From positions 64,001-128,000 of the forward strand of contig JAPDJH010000004.1 in NCBI GenBank assembly GCA_029259175.1: a DNA stretch of 64,000 nt, in the 5' to 3' direction. This DNA comes from Hadesarchaea archaeon (GTDB taxonomy: Archaea; Hadarchaeota; Hadarchaeia; Hadarchaeales; Hadarchaeaceae). Positions 9,716-20,407 of the stretch are shown here, in pieces. The notes beneath the pieces were generated by a model. That model was not told where the DNA came from. It did no database searches and saw only the letters and a program-made list of their open reading frames with translations. How positions within the stretch are numbered: position 1 is the stretch's first letter; each line of letters starts with the position of its first letter. The translations under genes and the position numbers were made by a program.

Positions 9716-10818
9716 TCCATTTCCTCCAAGACGTTTAATAGCACGTTGGCACTTCGGATTATGTATTCCTTTGGAAGCGAAGGATCCACCCAAAGATTAA
9801 TTACATGTTTCCCAAAATATTTTGCTCTAACGAATAATTGAGGATCCTGCTTCCTTCCTGAAAAATACCAACGATGCACAGGAGGATACCAATTGCTTAT
9901 ATGTATGCCTTTCTTCCTAACGCGTTCTGTAACCATGTCCTGATTATTTGTCTTCAAAAGAAAGGTGTATCTCCAAGGAGTCCAATGCCAATGTTTGTAT
10001 TTCGGATGGATTATATGTTTGTGTTTCAAAAGTCTACAATAAGTTTGTGCATATTCTCTTCTTTTCTTAATATAAAATTCCAGCTTCGGGATCTCACGAG
10101 CAATAGCTTTAAGATAAACCCGAGTTACCCTGAAAATGTACATTTTTTTGAAAATTTGGGGCAACGGTAAGAAAAGTCTGTCTAATTCTTCGTTTTCTTT
10201 AGTAAGAGGATACAAGGAGTAATATAATTTTCGGTAGAGTGTTTCTAAAGATTTAAAATTAGTTGGCCGAACTGGAAGTTTTCTAATTTCCTTTTTTATG
10301 TGGTGAGCTAGTGTATTCTCATCTGTAAGCAGAGCGCCGCCGCCGCCACAATCTAGTATTTTCGTGTGGCCAAAACTAAAGATAGAAACTTGACCGAAAG
10401 ATCCAACTTTTTGACCTTTATACTCGCTTCCCATAGCTTGTGCAGCATCTTCTATCACAAACAGATCATTGTTTGATGCTATTTTGAGAAAACGCTCTAT
10501 CTTGGCAGGATATCCGTATAGATGAGGGACAATCATTCCCGCAACATCATCTTCTAACCTGAGTATTTTTTCTACCGATCGGAAACTCATATTGAAGTCG
10601 TTTAAATCTATATCGCAAAAAATAGGTTTATACCCACCATAAAGCACAGAGTTTGGAACACTAGGGCTAATAATAGTTGGAATTATTACTTTTTTGCCCG
10701 AATAACCGTTTTTTGACAATGCTTTTAGAGCAACGTAAATCGCAGCAGTTCCTCGACCAGTCATGAAGCAGAAACGTCTATGAGTATAAGCTTTTAACCA
10801 TTCTTCAACATTTTTCAT
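9712..10818 (-). CDS. DegT/DnrJ/EryC1/StrS-family PLP-dependent protein
   Basis: IEDAAQAMG, FSFGHTKI, GGGG. Confidence 0.82.
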   Translation of the reverse strand: MKNVEEWLKAYTHRRFCFMTGRGTAAIYVALKALSKNGYSGKKVIIPTIISPSVPNSVLYGGYKPIFCDIDLNDFNMSFRSVEKILRLEDDVAGMIVPHLYGYPAKIERFLKIASNNDLFVIEDAAQAMGSEYKGQKVGSFGQVSIFSFGHTKILDCGGGGALLTDENTLAHHIKKEIRKLPVRPTNFKSLETLYRKLYYSLYPLTKENEELDRLFLPLPQIFKKMYIFRVTRVYLKAIAREIPKLEFYIKKRREYAQTYCRLLKHKHIIHPKYKHWHWTPWRYTFLLKTNNQDMVTERVRKKGIHISNWYPPVHRWYFSGRKQDPQLFVRAKYFGKHVINLWVDPSLPKEYIIRSANVLLNVLEEME

Positions 10819-11789
10819 TTAATGTCCCTCAAGATACACTTCTTAACATCTTTTAGCCTAATAAACTTACTTTTTTTTCCGACATTTTTACATTCAGATA
10901 TTATAAAACGCAAATTTTTTTCGACTTCTTTTTCATCAAAGGAAATTAATGGATGCCAAGTTTTCCCCATTTCTGGCAAAACTTCAAATGGATGAACTAC
11001 GGTAACCAACACATCATATTTACGTATATGTTCCCGAAGACCCGTGGCAAGCACATGATTGTAATAGCTCAAATTTACGTATCTCCAACGAGGTTTAGAA
11101 TCGTAACTTACTCGTGTCCTTACTGTGGTCATGGGTACTTCTAATATACCAATACTCCTCTTCTCATCAAAGATTCGGTAATTTGTTGGAGCAGGATAGT
11201 AAGGGGTTTGAGGAGTCCCTCTCCAATCAATCATTTTGAGTTTATCTCTTCTAAATCTATGAGGAATTGCCGTCGAATCTATTTTAAGCCCAAGTTCCGC
11301 TAAACACTTCATAACTTCATTTGACATGAACGCCTCACCAATGCGCGAACTTTGCGGTATAAATCCCAAGTCGATCATCCGGTGGAAGGATTCTCTCAGT
11401 TGTCTGGTGAGATATTCTGGTCTAGTCTCCAGTGTCCAGTATTTCCCAACTCGACGGTATAAATGTGGATGAAAAGCTATCTCGTGGCCTTTTAGACTTA
11501 GTTTTTTCCACAAGTTTTTATAAGAAATCAGAATATGACCAGCGTCCCCATACAATTTTTCTAGCTGAAAGTCTACTCGGATAAACCATGTTATTTTGGG
11601 ATTTCGTCCAGAGCTATCAGCAACTTTTTCAAATATCTTCAATAGCTTTGGAATTCCTTTTCTAAGACCAAGCCAACCATCTATATCACGAACTTCGGGC
11701 GTTTTCTTATTTTGATAGTAATATACATCATTTTCGACATCAACAGAGATGATTATGTGTAAAGTTCGAGATTTTTCCCGCTTTGTCAT
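10815..11789 (-). CDS. polysaccharide deacetylase-like protein
   Basis: SVDVE, HEIAFHPH, DST, VHPFE. Confidence 0.7.
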   Translation of the reverse strand: MTKREKSRTLHIIISVDVENDVYYYQNKKTPEVRDIDGWLGLRKGIPKLLKIFEKVADSSGRNPKITWFIRVDFQLEKLYGDAGHILISYKNLWKKLSLKGHEIAFHPHLYRRVGKYWTLETRPEYLTRQLRESFHRMIDLGFIPQSSRIGEAFMSNEVMKCLAELGLKIDSTAIPHRFRRDKLKMIDWRGTPQTPYYPAPTNYRIFDEKRSIGILEVPMTTVRTRVSYDSKPRWRYVNLSYYNHVLATGLREHIRKYDVLVTVVHPFEVLPEMGKTWHPLISFDEKEVEKNLRFIISECKNVGKKSKFIRLKDVKKCILRDIK

Positions 11790-11794
11790 CCGCT

Positions 11795-12988
11795 CTAATT
11801 TTGGGTTATAAATTTTATTTTTTTCTCAGCCATTTTTGCTATTTTCAATGCATGTTCTCGATTATTTCCAAGGGAGATAATATGTCCAATTCGGTCATCG
11901 CCACACCTCAGTGGTCTTATAATATCTCCTGGTTTTACGTAAATATCAATTTCATAAATCCCACTTATTTTTTTCGCAGAAGCTACACCCACTACTTTTC
12001 TCAATCTCCCGGGTGTATTTTTGAAAAACAACAAAACAGAACCTTTTTTCTTCGTTTTTTTAAGATTGGGTTTTTCCCCAACTGCCAAATTTATAGTAGC
12101 TTCCAAAACATCCACTCCTGTAATATTCGGGATAATATCAGTGAAAACTTTGAAGCCAGCACCTCTAGCACCCAACTCGATTAACATAGGGCCTTTTTCC
12201 GTCATCATCATTTCTATATGTGCTGGACTGTTATCAATGCCAACAGCTTTCGTCGCTTTTTTTGCTACTGTTTCTATTTTTCTTATCCATCTCTCGCTAT
12301 TTTCAAATTTTGATGGAAAACACACCAATGTGTCGACTAGATAAGGCGGCGGTGTTTTTTCCTTATCAGATGTGACTAAAATAATTTTTTTTCGTTTATA
12401 CACAAATTCTTCCACACTAATGGGGCACCCTTCCATAAACTTTTCAACCAGTATTTTTCCACAGCGCGAGTGTTTTTTTGCCCATTTGAACGCAAATTCT
12501 AGTTGTTTCCAATTTTCCACTTTGCTAACCCCTCTCGCTCCAGCATTATCGACTGGTTTCACAACCACCGGGAACCCGAAGTCCCGAATCGTTCTTTTAG
12601 CTTCTTTTAAACTAAACACTGGATGAAAAGCTGGAGAAGGCACGTTAGCTTTTTTGAAACACTTTCGCTGAAGTTCTTTATTGTTTGAGATTTTTGCTAC
12701 CTGTTTCTTTATTCCTACCAGCCCCAATTCTTCTGCAATAGTAGCTACCGTAGGAAGTGCTATCTCGGACGCTATTGTGGTTACCCCATCGATCTTGTAT
12801 TTTTTTGCTATTTTTAAGCAACCTTTTATGTTCTTGATGTCCATACATATGGGCACATCGGCTATTCGAAGGCCGGGTGCATGTGGATTTTTATCTATTG
12901 CTACAATTTTTAGGCCCATTTCTTTTGCTTTCAAAATGCCTGGCAGTTGAAATCGGCCAGCGCCGACAAACATTATCGTTTTGATCAC
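11795..12988 (-). CDS. ATP-grasp domain protein (putative amide ligase)
   Basis: PVVVKPVDNAGARGV, LVEKFMEG, HIE...IELGAR, C-terminal L-amino-acid-ligase-like domain. Confidence 0.85.
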   Translation of the reverse strand: MIKTIMFVGAGRFQLPGILKAKEMGLKIVAIDKNPHAPGLRIADVPICMDIKNIKGCLKIAKKYKIDGVTTIASEIALPTVATIAEELGLVGIKKQVAKISNNKELQRKCFKKANVPSPAFHPVFSLKEAKRTIRDFGFPVVVKPVDNAGARGVSKVENWKQLEFAFKWAKKHSRCGKILVEKFMEGCPISVEEFVYKRKKIILVTSDKEKTPPPYLVDTLVCFPSKFENSERWIRKIETVAKKATKAVGIDNSPAHIEMMMTEKGPMLIELGARGAGFKVFTDIIPNITGVDVLEATINLAVGEKPNLKKTKKKGSVLLFFKNTPGRLRKVVGVASAKKISGIYEIDIYVKPGDIIRPLRCGDDRIGHIISLGNNREHALKIAKMAEKKIKFITQN

Positions 12989-12997
12989 TTTCCTCCC

Positions 12998-13759
12998 TTA
13001 ACGCGTAAGTTTATCACTAAGTAAAGATTTTATATATCCCTCATTCCGGACTATTTGTTTATTTATTTCCAATAAACGAGGATTTTTTTCCAAGAAATTG
13101 AGAATATCATCTAAGTAGAAAATTCCTCCTTCTTTGTATAAACTACGGAACACTTCCGAAACCACGTAAAAATCTCTTTCATCATCTACACATAATCTGA
13201 TATGAGAAAGATCTCTATCGTTCTCTACCGTATATATCCGAAATTTATCAGGGTTTTTCCAAATGTAGGGAGTAACATGTTCCCTTTCTGACGCCCACTT
13301 TGCTTCTCGCCAAGCTTTTTCCAAAGCATTAAACGAAAAGACCTCGGTCTCGACAATTCCATCAGGAAATGTAGGGCCGCTTCTCACATAATCAAATTTG
13401 TCACGATTTTTTAGATAATGTTCAATTATTTTATCCACAAGTTTCGGATCTATTAATGGACAATCGGCAGTTAATCTCACTATTGGATCCACACCAAATT
13501 TTTTTGCAGCTTGATAATATCGATCCAAAACATCTTCTTCGCTTCCTCGAAAGCTATCTAATCCATTAGCTGTTGCAAACTCAACTATAACATCGTCCTC
13601 CTTTTTTTGAGTAGTTGCGATTATTATTTTTTTTATAAACTTGGACCATTTGAGACGATAAATCATATGCCACAACATTGGTTTTCCTAGAATGTTTTTC
13701 ATCACTTTGCCAGGAAGGCGTGTTGACCCCATTCTCGCTTGGATGATTGCGGCCAGCAT
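12998..13759 (-). CDS. spsF: SpsF-like cytidylyltransferase (CMP-nonulosonate synthetase)
   Basis: IIQARMGSTRLPGKV, RGSEEDVLDRY, RLTADCP, REHVT. Confidence 0.88.
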   Translation of the reverse strand: MLAAIIQARMGSTRLPGKVMKNILGKPMLWHMIYRLKWSKFIKKIIIATTQKKEDDVIVEFATANGLDSFRGSEEDVLDRYYQAAKKFGVDPIVRLTADCPLIDPKLVDKIIEHYLKNRDKFDYVRSGPTFPDGIVETEVFSFNALEKAWREAKWASEREHVTPYIWKNPDKFRIYTVENDRDLSHIRLCVDDERDFYVVSEVFRSLYKEGGIFYLDDILNFLEKNPRLLEINKQIVRNEGYIKSLLSDKLTR

Positions 13760-13762
13760 AAG

Positions 13763-14770
13763 CTAACCCTCCTCCAAATGTTTCACAATTATCTGCTTGA
13801 TTCTCTTTTTGCCAGCGCCATCAATTAATTTTTTCTGTTTCATGCTCATGCTCCGTCTTTTTCCCCGGTCCGATATTACCTCATGCAAAATTTTTAACTT
13901 CCTCTGTAGGGGTAGCACATTTTCCAGCATCACCGCGGCCCCCCGTTCTTCGAATATTTTTCCAAATCTTTTTTCGCGGAAGTTCTGAGGCATGATGATG
14001 GCTGGAGTCCCCAACGCGCAAAACTCTAGTAGTGTGGTCCCCGCACCGCAAAATCCACAGTCTGCTGCAAAAATCAGTCCTCCCAAGTTCTGAACGTGTG
14101 AGTACAAGTTTATGTTTTTGTGCTGATGTTCCAATTCTTTTGTTTTTTTACCAAAAGCTGGCCCAACAACAACATCTATTTCTATATCCTCATTTTTTCC
14201 AAGTTTTGCGAGGAGATCCAAGGCTTCTTTTGTGTGAAAACATGGATCAGCTGAACCGAAAGCTATCAGTATTCTCTCTACTTTTTGCTTAATGGGCTTA
14301 TTTTTTTTAGCGTATTCGATAAACTCATCTCGGATTATGGCGTATTCTAATCCTTCATAATAATTTTTTACCACTTGTTGTGGATTAACAACTTTCAAAT
14401 TTTGGTTAAAAAGATTTATTATCACGTCTAATTGGTGAGAATATCTGAAATAATCTAAACCCACAATCAGGATCTTTCCGACAGCTCTTTTTATCACCCT
14501 CGGATTAAAATCGGGCTTCGGCTGATCTATTACAAGTGCTTTTACCGCATTCTTTTTGATAGCCTCTAATAGACTCTGCTCGATTTTGCCCCGGATTATT
14601 ATGGGAGTACGACCTGCCTTTTCAATCATTTTAACCACCATCGGATGGTCATTGCAACAAAAGCAAACGTTAAAATCTTCAAACTCTCGGGCCAGCTCCA
14701 AAGAGCGAATCACGTGTCCCAATCCTCGTTTTTCATCTCCCGCAACTTTAAACAGGATGCTTGACATCAT
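13763..14770 (-). CDS. pseG: PseG/SpsG-like UDP-sugar hydrolase
   Basis: GLGHVIRS, FGSADP, AGTTLLE. Confidence 0.78.
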   Translation of the reverse strand: MMSSILFKVAGDEKRGLGHVIRSLELAREFEDFNVCFCCNDHPMVVKMIEKAGRTPIIIRGKIEQSLLEAIKKNAVKALVIDQPKPDFNPRVIKRAVGKILIVGLDYFRYSHQLDVIINLFNQNLKVVNPQQVVKNYYEGLEYAIIRDEFIEYAKKNKPIKQKVERILIAFGSADPCFHTKEALDLLAKLGKNEDIEIDVVVGPAFGKKTKELEHQHKNINLYSHVQNLGGLIFAADCGFCGAGTTLLEFCALGTPAIIMPQNFREKRFGKIFEERGAAVMLENVLPLQRKLKILHEVISDRGKRRSMSMKQKKLIDGAGKKRIKQIIVKHLEEG

Positions 14771-14772
14771 TC

Positions 14773-15777
14773 TCAGCTACGCACCTTTACAAATCTGCCC
14801 AATTTGGCCGATTTCTTAGCCGCAACAACCAACTCTAGGATTTTTTTGCCCTCATGCCCGTCGATTAGGGGTTTTTGTCTTCTACGTATACACTCTATGA
14901 AGTGTCGGAGTTCAGCTAGATACATGTCATTTATTTTGAAGTTGTACTTTGTAATTTTCCAGGGGCCTCCTCGGGAGATGCCCACTAAATTCTTTGAAAA
15001 TTCCCAAAGCAAGTTCCCTTTTTCCCCTGTGGCTTCGATTCTGTTTGTATACACCCTACTCAAGTAATTCAGCTCAATCGTTACCACAGTCCCGCCTCTC
15101 AGCATGAAAATAAAAGTGGCGAGATCTTCTGTGTCTATATCTAAATCGCTGATTTTTACATAATGGCAAGCAACTTTTTCCGCCTCCCCAAATATCCATC
15201 GCATCATATCGAGTGAATGAGTCCCATCGAGCAGGACCCCTCCTCCTAAAGCTCTCCTAGCGCTATACTCTTTGCGGTAGTCTGATCTCGGATGCCAATA
15301 CGGAAGGTAGTATCCCCCCACTATTCGGGCAGAGTAAACCTTACCGATAGCTCCTCTCGTTACTAGTTGCCTTAGCTTAATTATCCCCGGATTAAATCTA
15401 TAACACATGCCAACCATTAGAATTAACTTTTTCTTCTCGACAAGACGCAATAGTGAATCGACGCCTTTTAAATCGGCGGCCAAAGGCTTTTCTACGAAAA
15501 TATCGACGCCTGTCTTTGCTAGTTGTTTGGACATTGATAAATGAAGACTCGTGGGAGTACATACAAATGCTGCTTGCAGAGATGGGTTGTTTGAAATCGC
15601 CTTTTCAAAATCCGTGTACAACTCTCGAATCCCAAATCTTCTAGAAATCTGTTGTAGCCGGTTTTTGTCTTTATCACATGCAACTATATCTCTCATCCCT
15701 AATGCAAACAGGTTTGATATGTGCCGGCTCCCAATCGATCCACAACCAATAACTAAAAATTTCAAAGTCTCCCTCAC
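14773..15777 (-). CDS. Gfo/Idh/MocA oxidoreductase
   Basis: GCGSIG, EKP, GGGVLLDGTH. Confidence 0.88.
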   Translation of the reverse strand: MRETLKFLVIGCGSIGSRHISNLFALGMRDIVACDKDKNRLQQISRRFGIRELYTDFEKAISNNPSLQAAFVCTPTSLHLSMSKQLAKTGVDIFVEKPLAADLKGVDSLLRLVEKKKLILMVGMCYRFNPGIIKLRQLVTRGAIGKVYSARIVGGYYLPYWHPRSDYRKEYSARRALGGGVLLDGTHSLDMMRWIFGEAEKVACHYVKISDLDIDTEDLATFIFMLRGGTVVTIELNYLSRVYTNRIEATGEKGNLLWEFSKNLVGISRGGPWKITKYNFKINDMYLAELRHFIECIRRRQKPLIDGHEGKKILELVVAAKKSAKLGRFVKVRS

Positions 15778-17096
15778 GCGGTGAGTCTTTTAAAACCTTC
15801 TAAAGCTACCGGTCCCTTCAACATGGAGTAAACTTCTTTTTTCTTCATCCCAGCTATTTTTTTAAATACCATTTCAACACTCTTGAAATATTTATTCAAA
15901 TGCGATTTGCGATGGCTATAGGAAACGTAAACCGTTTTGGTCGCTAAAAAACCTTTTTCCAGCATTTCTTGAGTGAAGAAGGTGTAAAGAGCCTGATTTA
16001 GCTCTCCGTAATTGAACTTGAAAGTAGGAACCGAGGGGAGTCCCACTACCTCCAACTCTAATCCACAACTCTCAGCAAGTTCCACCCAACCTCTCTTTAT
16101 TTCCTTGCCCACCTTACAGATATGTCGTGGTACTTGACATTCACTCATCTTGGTAATGGTTGCGATAGCGGCTGCAGGACCCACACGTTCTGTCCAATAC
16201 GTGCTGCTTATGAAACTGTCTTGAGCCACGTCCATAATTTCTCTCTTTCCTATCACTGCAGCCATTGGAAAACCGTTGCTCATCGCTTTGCCAAAAACGG
16301 CAAGATCAGGATACACCCTATAGTACATATGAATGCCGCCCACATTGACGCGCCAACCTGAAGAGACCTCGTCAAAAATGAGAACAGCTCCGATACGATC
16401 AGCTATTTTTCTGACCTTTTGCAAGAATTTGTTCTTAGGCTCTCGTTCTCTTCTGGGCTCCATTACAATAGTTCCGATATCGTTATTATCCACAATTTTT
16501 TCAAGTTCTTCAATTTTGTTGTAACGAAATGGTATCGCGGTTCCTTTCAAAGCCCGCGGAACTCCAAGAGGCTTGAGGCCGGGAAGCAAATGTCCATCTA
16601 AGGCTTTCTCGTCGGCCAAGTTTGCGGCCAGATACCAATCAGACCAACCGTGGTAGCCGCAAAATGCTACTTTATCTTTCCCCGTGCTTGCCCTAGCAAT
16701 CCTCACTGCCACTGCCATGGCTTCACCGCCAGTCCTCGCATATCTCACCATGTCTGCCCAAGGATGAAGTTTTAACAAAAGTTCTGCTAGCTCGACCTCT
16801 TCAGGTGAATTTAGAGTGCACATAGAACCTCCATCTATCACATCCTTGACAGCCCTGTTAACATCGGGATCAGCGTAGCCGAGAATGCATGAACCGACAC
16901 CCATGTAAGACATATCCAAATATTGCTTTCCTTCTAGCGTCCATACCCTAACACCTTTCGCCTTCTTGAAGTATGCTGGCCACAATTTTGGCAAAAAATG
17001 TTCAGAACGTTTTGAGAGCATCTGGGTTCCCCCGGGGATTATCTTTTTTGCTTTTTCCCAAAGTTTTGCCCCAACATTTTTGGATTCGCTCGCCAT
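15774..17096 (-). CDS. class III aminotransferase (glutamate-1-semialdehyde aminomutase-like, glycan-locus type)
   Basis: RTGGEA, GYHGW, FDEV, FGKAMSNG. Confidence 0.85.
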   Translation of the reverse strand: MASESKNVGAKLWEKAKKIIPGGTQMLSKRSEHFLPKLWPAYFKKAKGVRVWTLEGKQYLDMSYMGVGSCILGYADPDVNRAVKDVIDGGSMCTLNSPEEVELAELLLKLHPWADMVRYARTGGEAMAVAVRIARASTGKDKVAFCGYHGWSDWYLAANLADEKALDGHLLPGLKPLGVPRALKGTAIPFRYNKIEELEKIVDNNDIGTIVMEPRREREPKNKFLQKVRKIADRIGAVLIFDEVSSGWRVNVGGIHMYYRVYPDLAVFGKAMSNGFPMAAVIGKREIMDVAQDSFISSTYWTERVGPAAAIATITKMSECQVPRHICKVGKEIKRGWVELAESCGLELEVVGLPSVPTFKFNYGELNQALYTFFTQEMLEKGFLATKTVYVSYSHRKSHLNKYFKSVEMVFKKIAGMKKKEVYSMLKGPVALEGFKRLTA

Positions 17097-17100
17097 CTGC

Positions 17101-18150
17101 TCACCCTATTTTATCCCACGTTATCGGCTCATATCTTTTGATATTTTTCTTCGCTCTTTTTCCAATTACTTTGTGTAAATACTTCGGCTCCAGCCCAAGT
17201 GCAGGTCTTAAAATTGTTAGCATTTCCTTTTTCAAAACGGTTCCGGCCGGAATATCCGTTGCCGCGAATATACTTCTTCTCCCAAGAAATCTTCCTTCTT
17301 TTTCGCCTTCAAGAACTTCTTTAATACCTCGACCACGCATCTTCTCTACTTCACGAATGCTATTTACCATTTTCATAAGCTCTCGAGGTTCCAAAGCAAA
17401 AAAATGATCTGGCCCCCTCAGCTTACGACTAATCGTGAAATGTTTTTCTATCATTACTGCACCCAACGCTACTGCAGCAATTGAGGCTTCTATCCCCAGA
17501 GTATGATCTGAAAACCCTACCGGCAACCGAAATTTCTTCTCAAGTGTTTTCATTACTAAAAGGTTGACATTCTCAGGAGGGGTTGGATACATAGACACAC
17601 AGTGCAATAAGATTACATCTTTATTCCCCGTCTTTTTTATTGTATTCACCGCCTCTCGGACTTCTTGTAGGGTTGATACGCCGGTGGAAACTATCATAGG
17701 TTTTCCCTTGCGAGCCATGTATCTAATCAGCGGAAGATTTGTCAAATCTCCCGAAGCCACTTTAAAGGCCGGAACTCCAATCTCGTCTAAAAGATCTACC
17801 GCCTCTTCATCGAAAGGGGATGACAGAAAAATTAGTCCGCGCTTCTCTGCATATTCTGCGAGTATCCGGTGCCATCGGCGAGGAAGTTCCACGCGCTTAA
17901 AACTCTCATACATGGCGGCGCATCTGGCAGGTGTTTCTTCATCTCCGGTTCCCGGAACTAACCTTGCTACCAACTTGTCAGCGCTAAAAGTTTGAAACTT
18001 TATGGCATCGGCACCCGCTTTTGCTGCAATATCTATTAGGCGCTTGGCCTGCTCCAATTTTCGATCATGATTGGAACCTGCCTCAGCGATTATAAAAACG
18101 GGTTCACCATTGCCCACGAACCTCTCGCCTATTTTTATTTTTTTAGTCAT
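17101..18150 (-). CDS. pseI: nonulosonic (pseudaminic/N-acetylneuraminic) acid synthase, NeuB/PseI family
   Basis: IIAEAGSNH, KFQT, GFSDHT, IEKHFT, C-terminal SAF domain. Confidence 0.92.
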   Translation of the reverse strand: MTKKIKIGERFVGNGEPVFIIAEAGSNHDRKLEQAKRLIDIAAKAGADAIKFQTFSADKLVARLVPGTGDEETPARCAAMYESFKRVELPRRWHRILAEYAEKRGLIFLSSPFDEEAVDLLDEIGVPAFKVASGDLTNLPLIRYMARKGKPMIVSTGVSTLQEVREAVNTIKKTGNKDVILLHCVSMYPTPPENVNLLVMKTLEKKFRLPVGFSDHTLGIEASIAAVALGAVMIEKHFTISRKLRGPDHFFALEPRELMKMVNSIREVEKMRGRGIKEVLEGEKEGRFLGRRSIFAATDIPAGTVLKKEMLTILRPALGLEPKYLHKVIGKRAKKNIKRYEPITWDKIG

Positions 18151-19291
18151 GAAGTTCACCTATTGTCTCTTTAACTATATCTACTACTCTATTCACATCT
18201 CTCTTTGTCATTCGCGGGAACAAGGGAAGAGTAAGCACCCTTTTAGCGATGTCCTTGGTAACCGGAAGATCTCCTGATTTGAAGCCACGTTTCTTGTAAA
18301 ACGTGAATGTGTATACTGGAGGATAATGAACGGTTGCTCCTATTCCTTTAGACCTTAATGTAGAAACAAACCCGTTTCGATCAATCATAGGATCTAATAA
18401 CACTGTATAGAGGTGCCAGGCGTGTTTAACATTCGGTTTTTCAACAGGCAGGGTAAGCATCGGTGTTCCTTGAAGTTTTTTTGTATAGGTCTCCGCCAAT
18501 TCCCTTCTTTTTCTCAAGAATTTGTCCAGCTTTCGTAGCTGGGAAACTCCCAACGCTGCTTGAAAATCGGTCATCCGATAATTCCTACCCAAAAGCCGCA
18601 CATCATAAGACCAAGAATGACGGCTATCGAATCTTTCCAAGGCACTTCGATCTATCCCGTGATTCCTTAGAATCCTCATCCTATCAGCCAATCTCTTATC
18701 ATTAGTCACACACATACCCCCCTCGCCCGTTGTTACGTGCTTCACTGGGTGAAAACTGAATATTGTTATATCCGCGAAGCTTCCTACTTTTTTTCCTCTA
18801 TACTCGGCTCCGAGTGCATGGGCGGCATCTTCAATTAAGTACAAGTCATGTTCTTCTGCTATCTCTTTTATCTCTGCGATATCGCACGGATGGCCGGCGA
18901 AATCTACGTAAAGTATCGCTCTTGTTTTGGCAGTTATTTTTTTTCTTATGTCGTCTGGATCGATATTATAAGTATCCTTCTGGATATCAGCAAATACTGG
19001 CTTCAAATTGTTGAAAAGAATGGCGTTAACTGTTGCCACGAAAGTGAAAGGTGTGGTTATCACCTCAGCTTTTTTTAGTCCAAGGGACGCAATGGCAATG
19101 TCGAGTGCACTTGTCCCGGAATTTACTGCGATCCCGTATTTACAATTTACATATTTACACACTGCTTCTTCAAACTCTTCTACCTTACGGCCCATCACTA
19201 TCCAATCACTTTTCAGGACACTCACTACTTGGTCAATGTCCTCCCTATCGATCCAATGTAGCCCGTAGGGGAGAAAATAACGTGGTGCCAT
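18143..19291 (-). CDS. pseC: PseC-like UDP-4-amino-4,6-dideoxy-sugar transaminase
   Basis: LPYG, EDAAHALG, FSFHPVKHVTTGEGG, NYRMTDFQAALG. Confidence 0.88.
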   Translation of the reverse strand: MAPRYFLPYGLHWIDREDIDQVVSVLKSDWIVMGRKVEEFEEAVCKYVNCKYGIAVNSGTSALDIAIASLGLKKAEVITTPFTFVATVNAILFNNLKPVFADIQKDTYNIDPDDIRKKITAKTRAILYVDFAGHPCDIAEIKEIAEEHDLYLIEDAAHALGAEYRGKKVGSFADITIFSFHPVKHVTTGEGGMCVTNDKRLADRMRILRNHGIDRSALERFDSRHSWSYDVRLLGRNYRMTDFQAALGVSQLRKLDKFLRKRRELAETYTKKLQGTPMLTLPVEKPNVKHAWHLYTVLLDPMIDRNGFVSTLRSKGIGATVHYPPVYTFTFYKKRGFKSGDLPVTKDIAKRVLTLPLFPRMTKRDVNRVVDIVKETIGELHD

Positions 19292-19297
19292 ACGTAT

Positions 19298-20407
19298 TCA
19301 CCTGATTATTCGCTTAGCAAATTCATTCACGCGGCTCTTCATAATTCTGAGGAAGTATTCTCGGTTCCAGAACTTTTCTCCCCGGAACATCGGATAGACC
19401 TTTCCTCCAAACCCTGATTTGAAAAAAGTAATGTTTTTCTCTTTCTCAGAAGGCATATCATATAGCAGATCACCAAACTGCTGAAGTCCTACTTCGAAAA
19501 ATTCGCAACCCTTTCTTTTTAACCACATCATCGTCTCCCACAAAAGCAAAGAAGAGATTGGAACATCTGCATGTTCAGGATCATTTGCGCTTGAACCATA
19601 ATAGCACGCGTTCTTATAATAAAACATATACCCAAACCCAACATACTCGTCTTTTCGTCTTGCAGCGGATAGAAAACCGTGACCCTGTTTTATCCATTCG
19701 TACCACATCTCGAAGGTTACCAAGGGCCGAGTAATTCTTCCTGCAGCTTTGTGGTGCAACTTCCTATATTTTTCATAAATTTCTTTTGTTATCTTGTCCT
19801 TGTCAAAAACCTCAAAGGTGAGTTCGCGCTTAGCTTTTTTTACATTCCACCTATTGCCTTTTCGCATATCATTCCAAAGGTTATTTTTCCTCAAATCGAT
19901 TATGCGCGTGTTCAAAGAACAATCGTTAAATCCGTATTTCATTAATATATTAAAAGTAGGAAATTCTCCACGAAGCGATATAGGTATGAGAGGTGTTAAG
20001 TAGACAAGCGAGTATGCCACGTCTTCTTCTCTTGCTATTTCATCAAATATGGCGAAAATATAGCCGAGAATTTTTTCCCTTTCCTTTTCCGAAATGTTGC
20101 TTTTTAGTGCAGGAAAAAGAATTGGCCCCTCCGCCATTCTAAATACCTTATATGTTTTATTTTCTATCTCGTGATTCTCGACAAATAGTGGAACTACTGC
20201 TATTATCTCTCGGTTGCGCTTAAGAAAGAAACTCTGTGACTCTGTTTTCAAATGCGGCTTATAATGAACGCAGTATTCTATCCAATTAGAGGTATGCCAA
20301 AACCATGCATAATCACTTTGGAAACAGAATTCATCCCATTCTGGACGATTGGCCTTTTTCAAGTACTCAATATCCATGGGTTTCACCCGGTTATAGATTT
20401 CATCCAT
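19298..20407 (-). CDS. FemAB-like GNAT acyl/aminoacyltransferase
   Basis: DLR...MRKGNRWNVKKA, LLWE, FFKSGFGG. Confidence 0.72.
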   Translation of the reverse strand: MDEIYNRVKPMDIEYLKKANRPEWDEFCFQSDYAWFWHTSNWIEYCVHYKPHLKTESQSFFLKRNREIIAVVPLFVENHEIENKTYKVFRMAEGPILFPALKSNISEKEREKILGYIFAIFDEIAREEDVAYSLVYLTPLIPISLRGEFPTFNILMKYGFNDCSLNTRIIDLRKNNLWNDMRKGNRWNVKKAKRELTFEVFDKDKITKEIYEKYRKLHHKAAGRITRPLVTFEMWYEWIKQGHGFLSAARRKDEYVGFGYMFYYKNACYYGSSANDPEHADVPISSLLLWETMMWLKRKGCEFFEVGLQQFGDLLYDMPSEKEKNITFFKSGFGGKVYPMFRGEKFWNREYFLRIMKSRVNEFAKRIIR

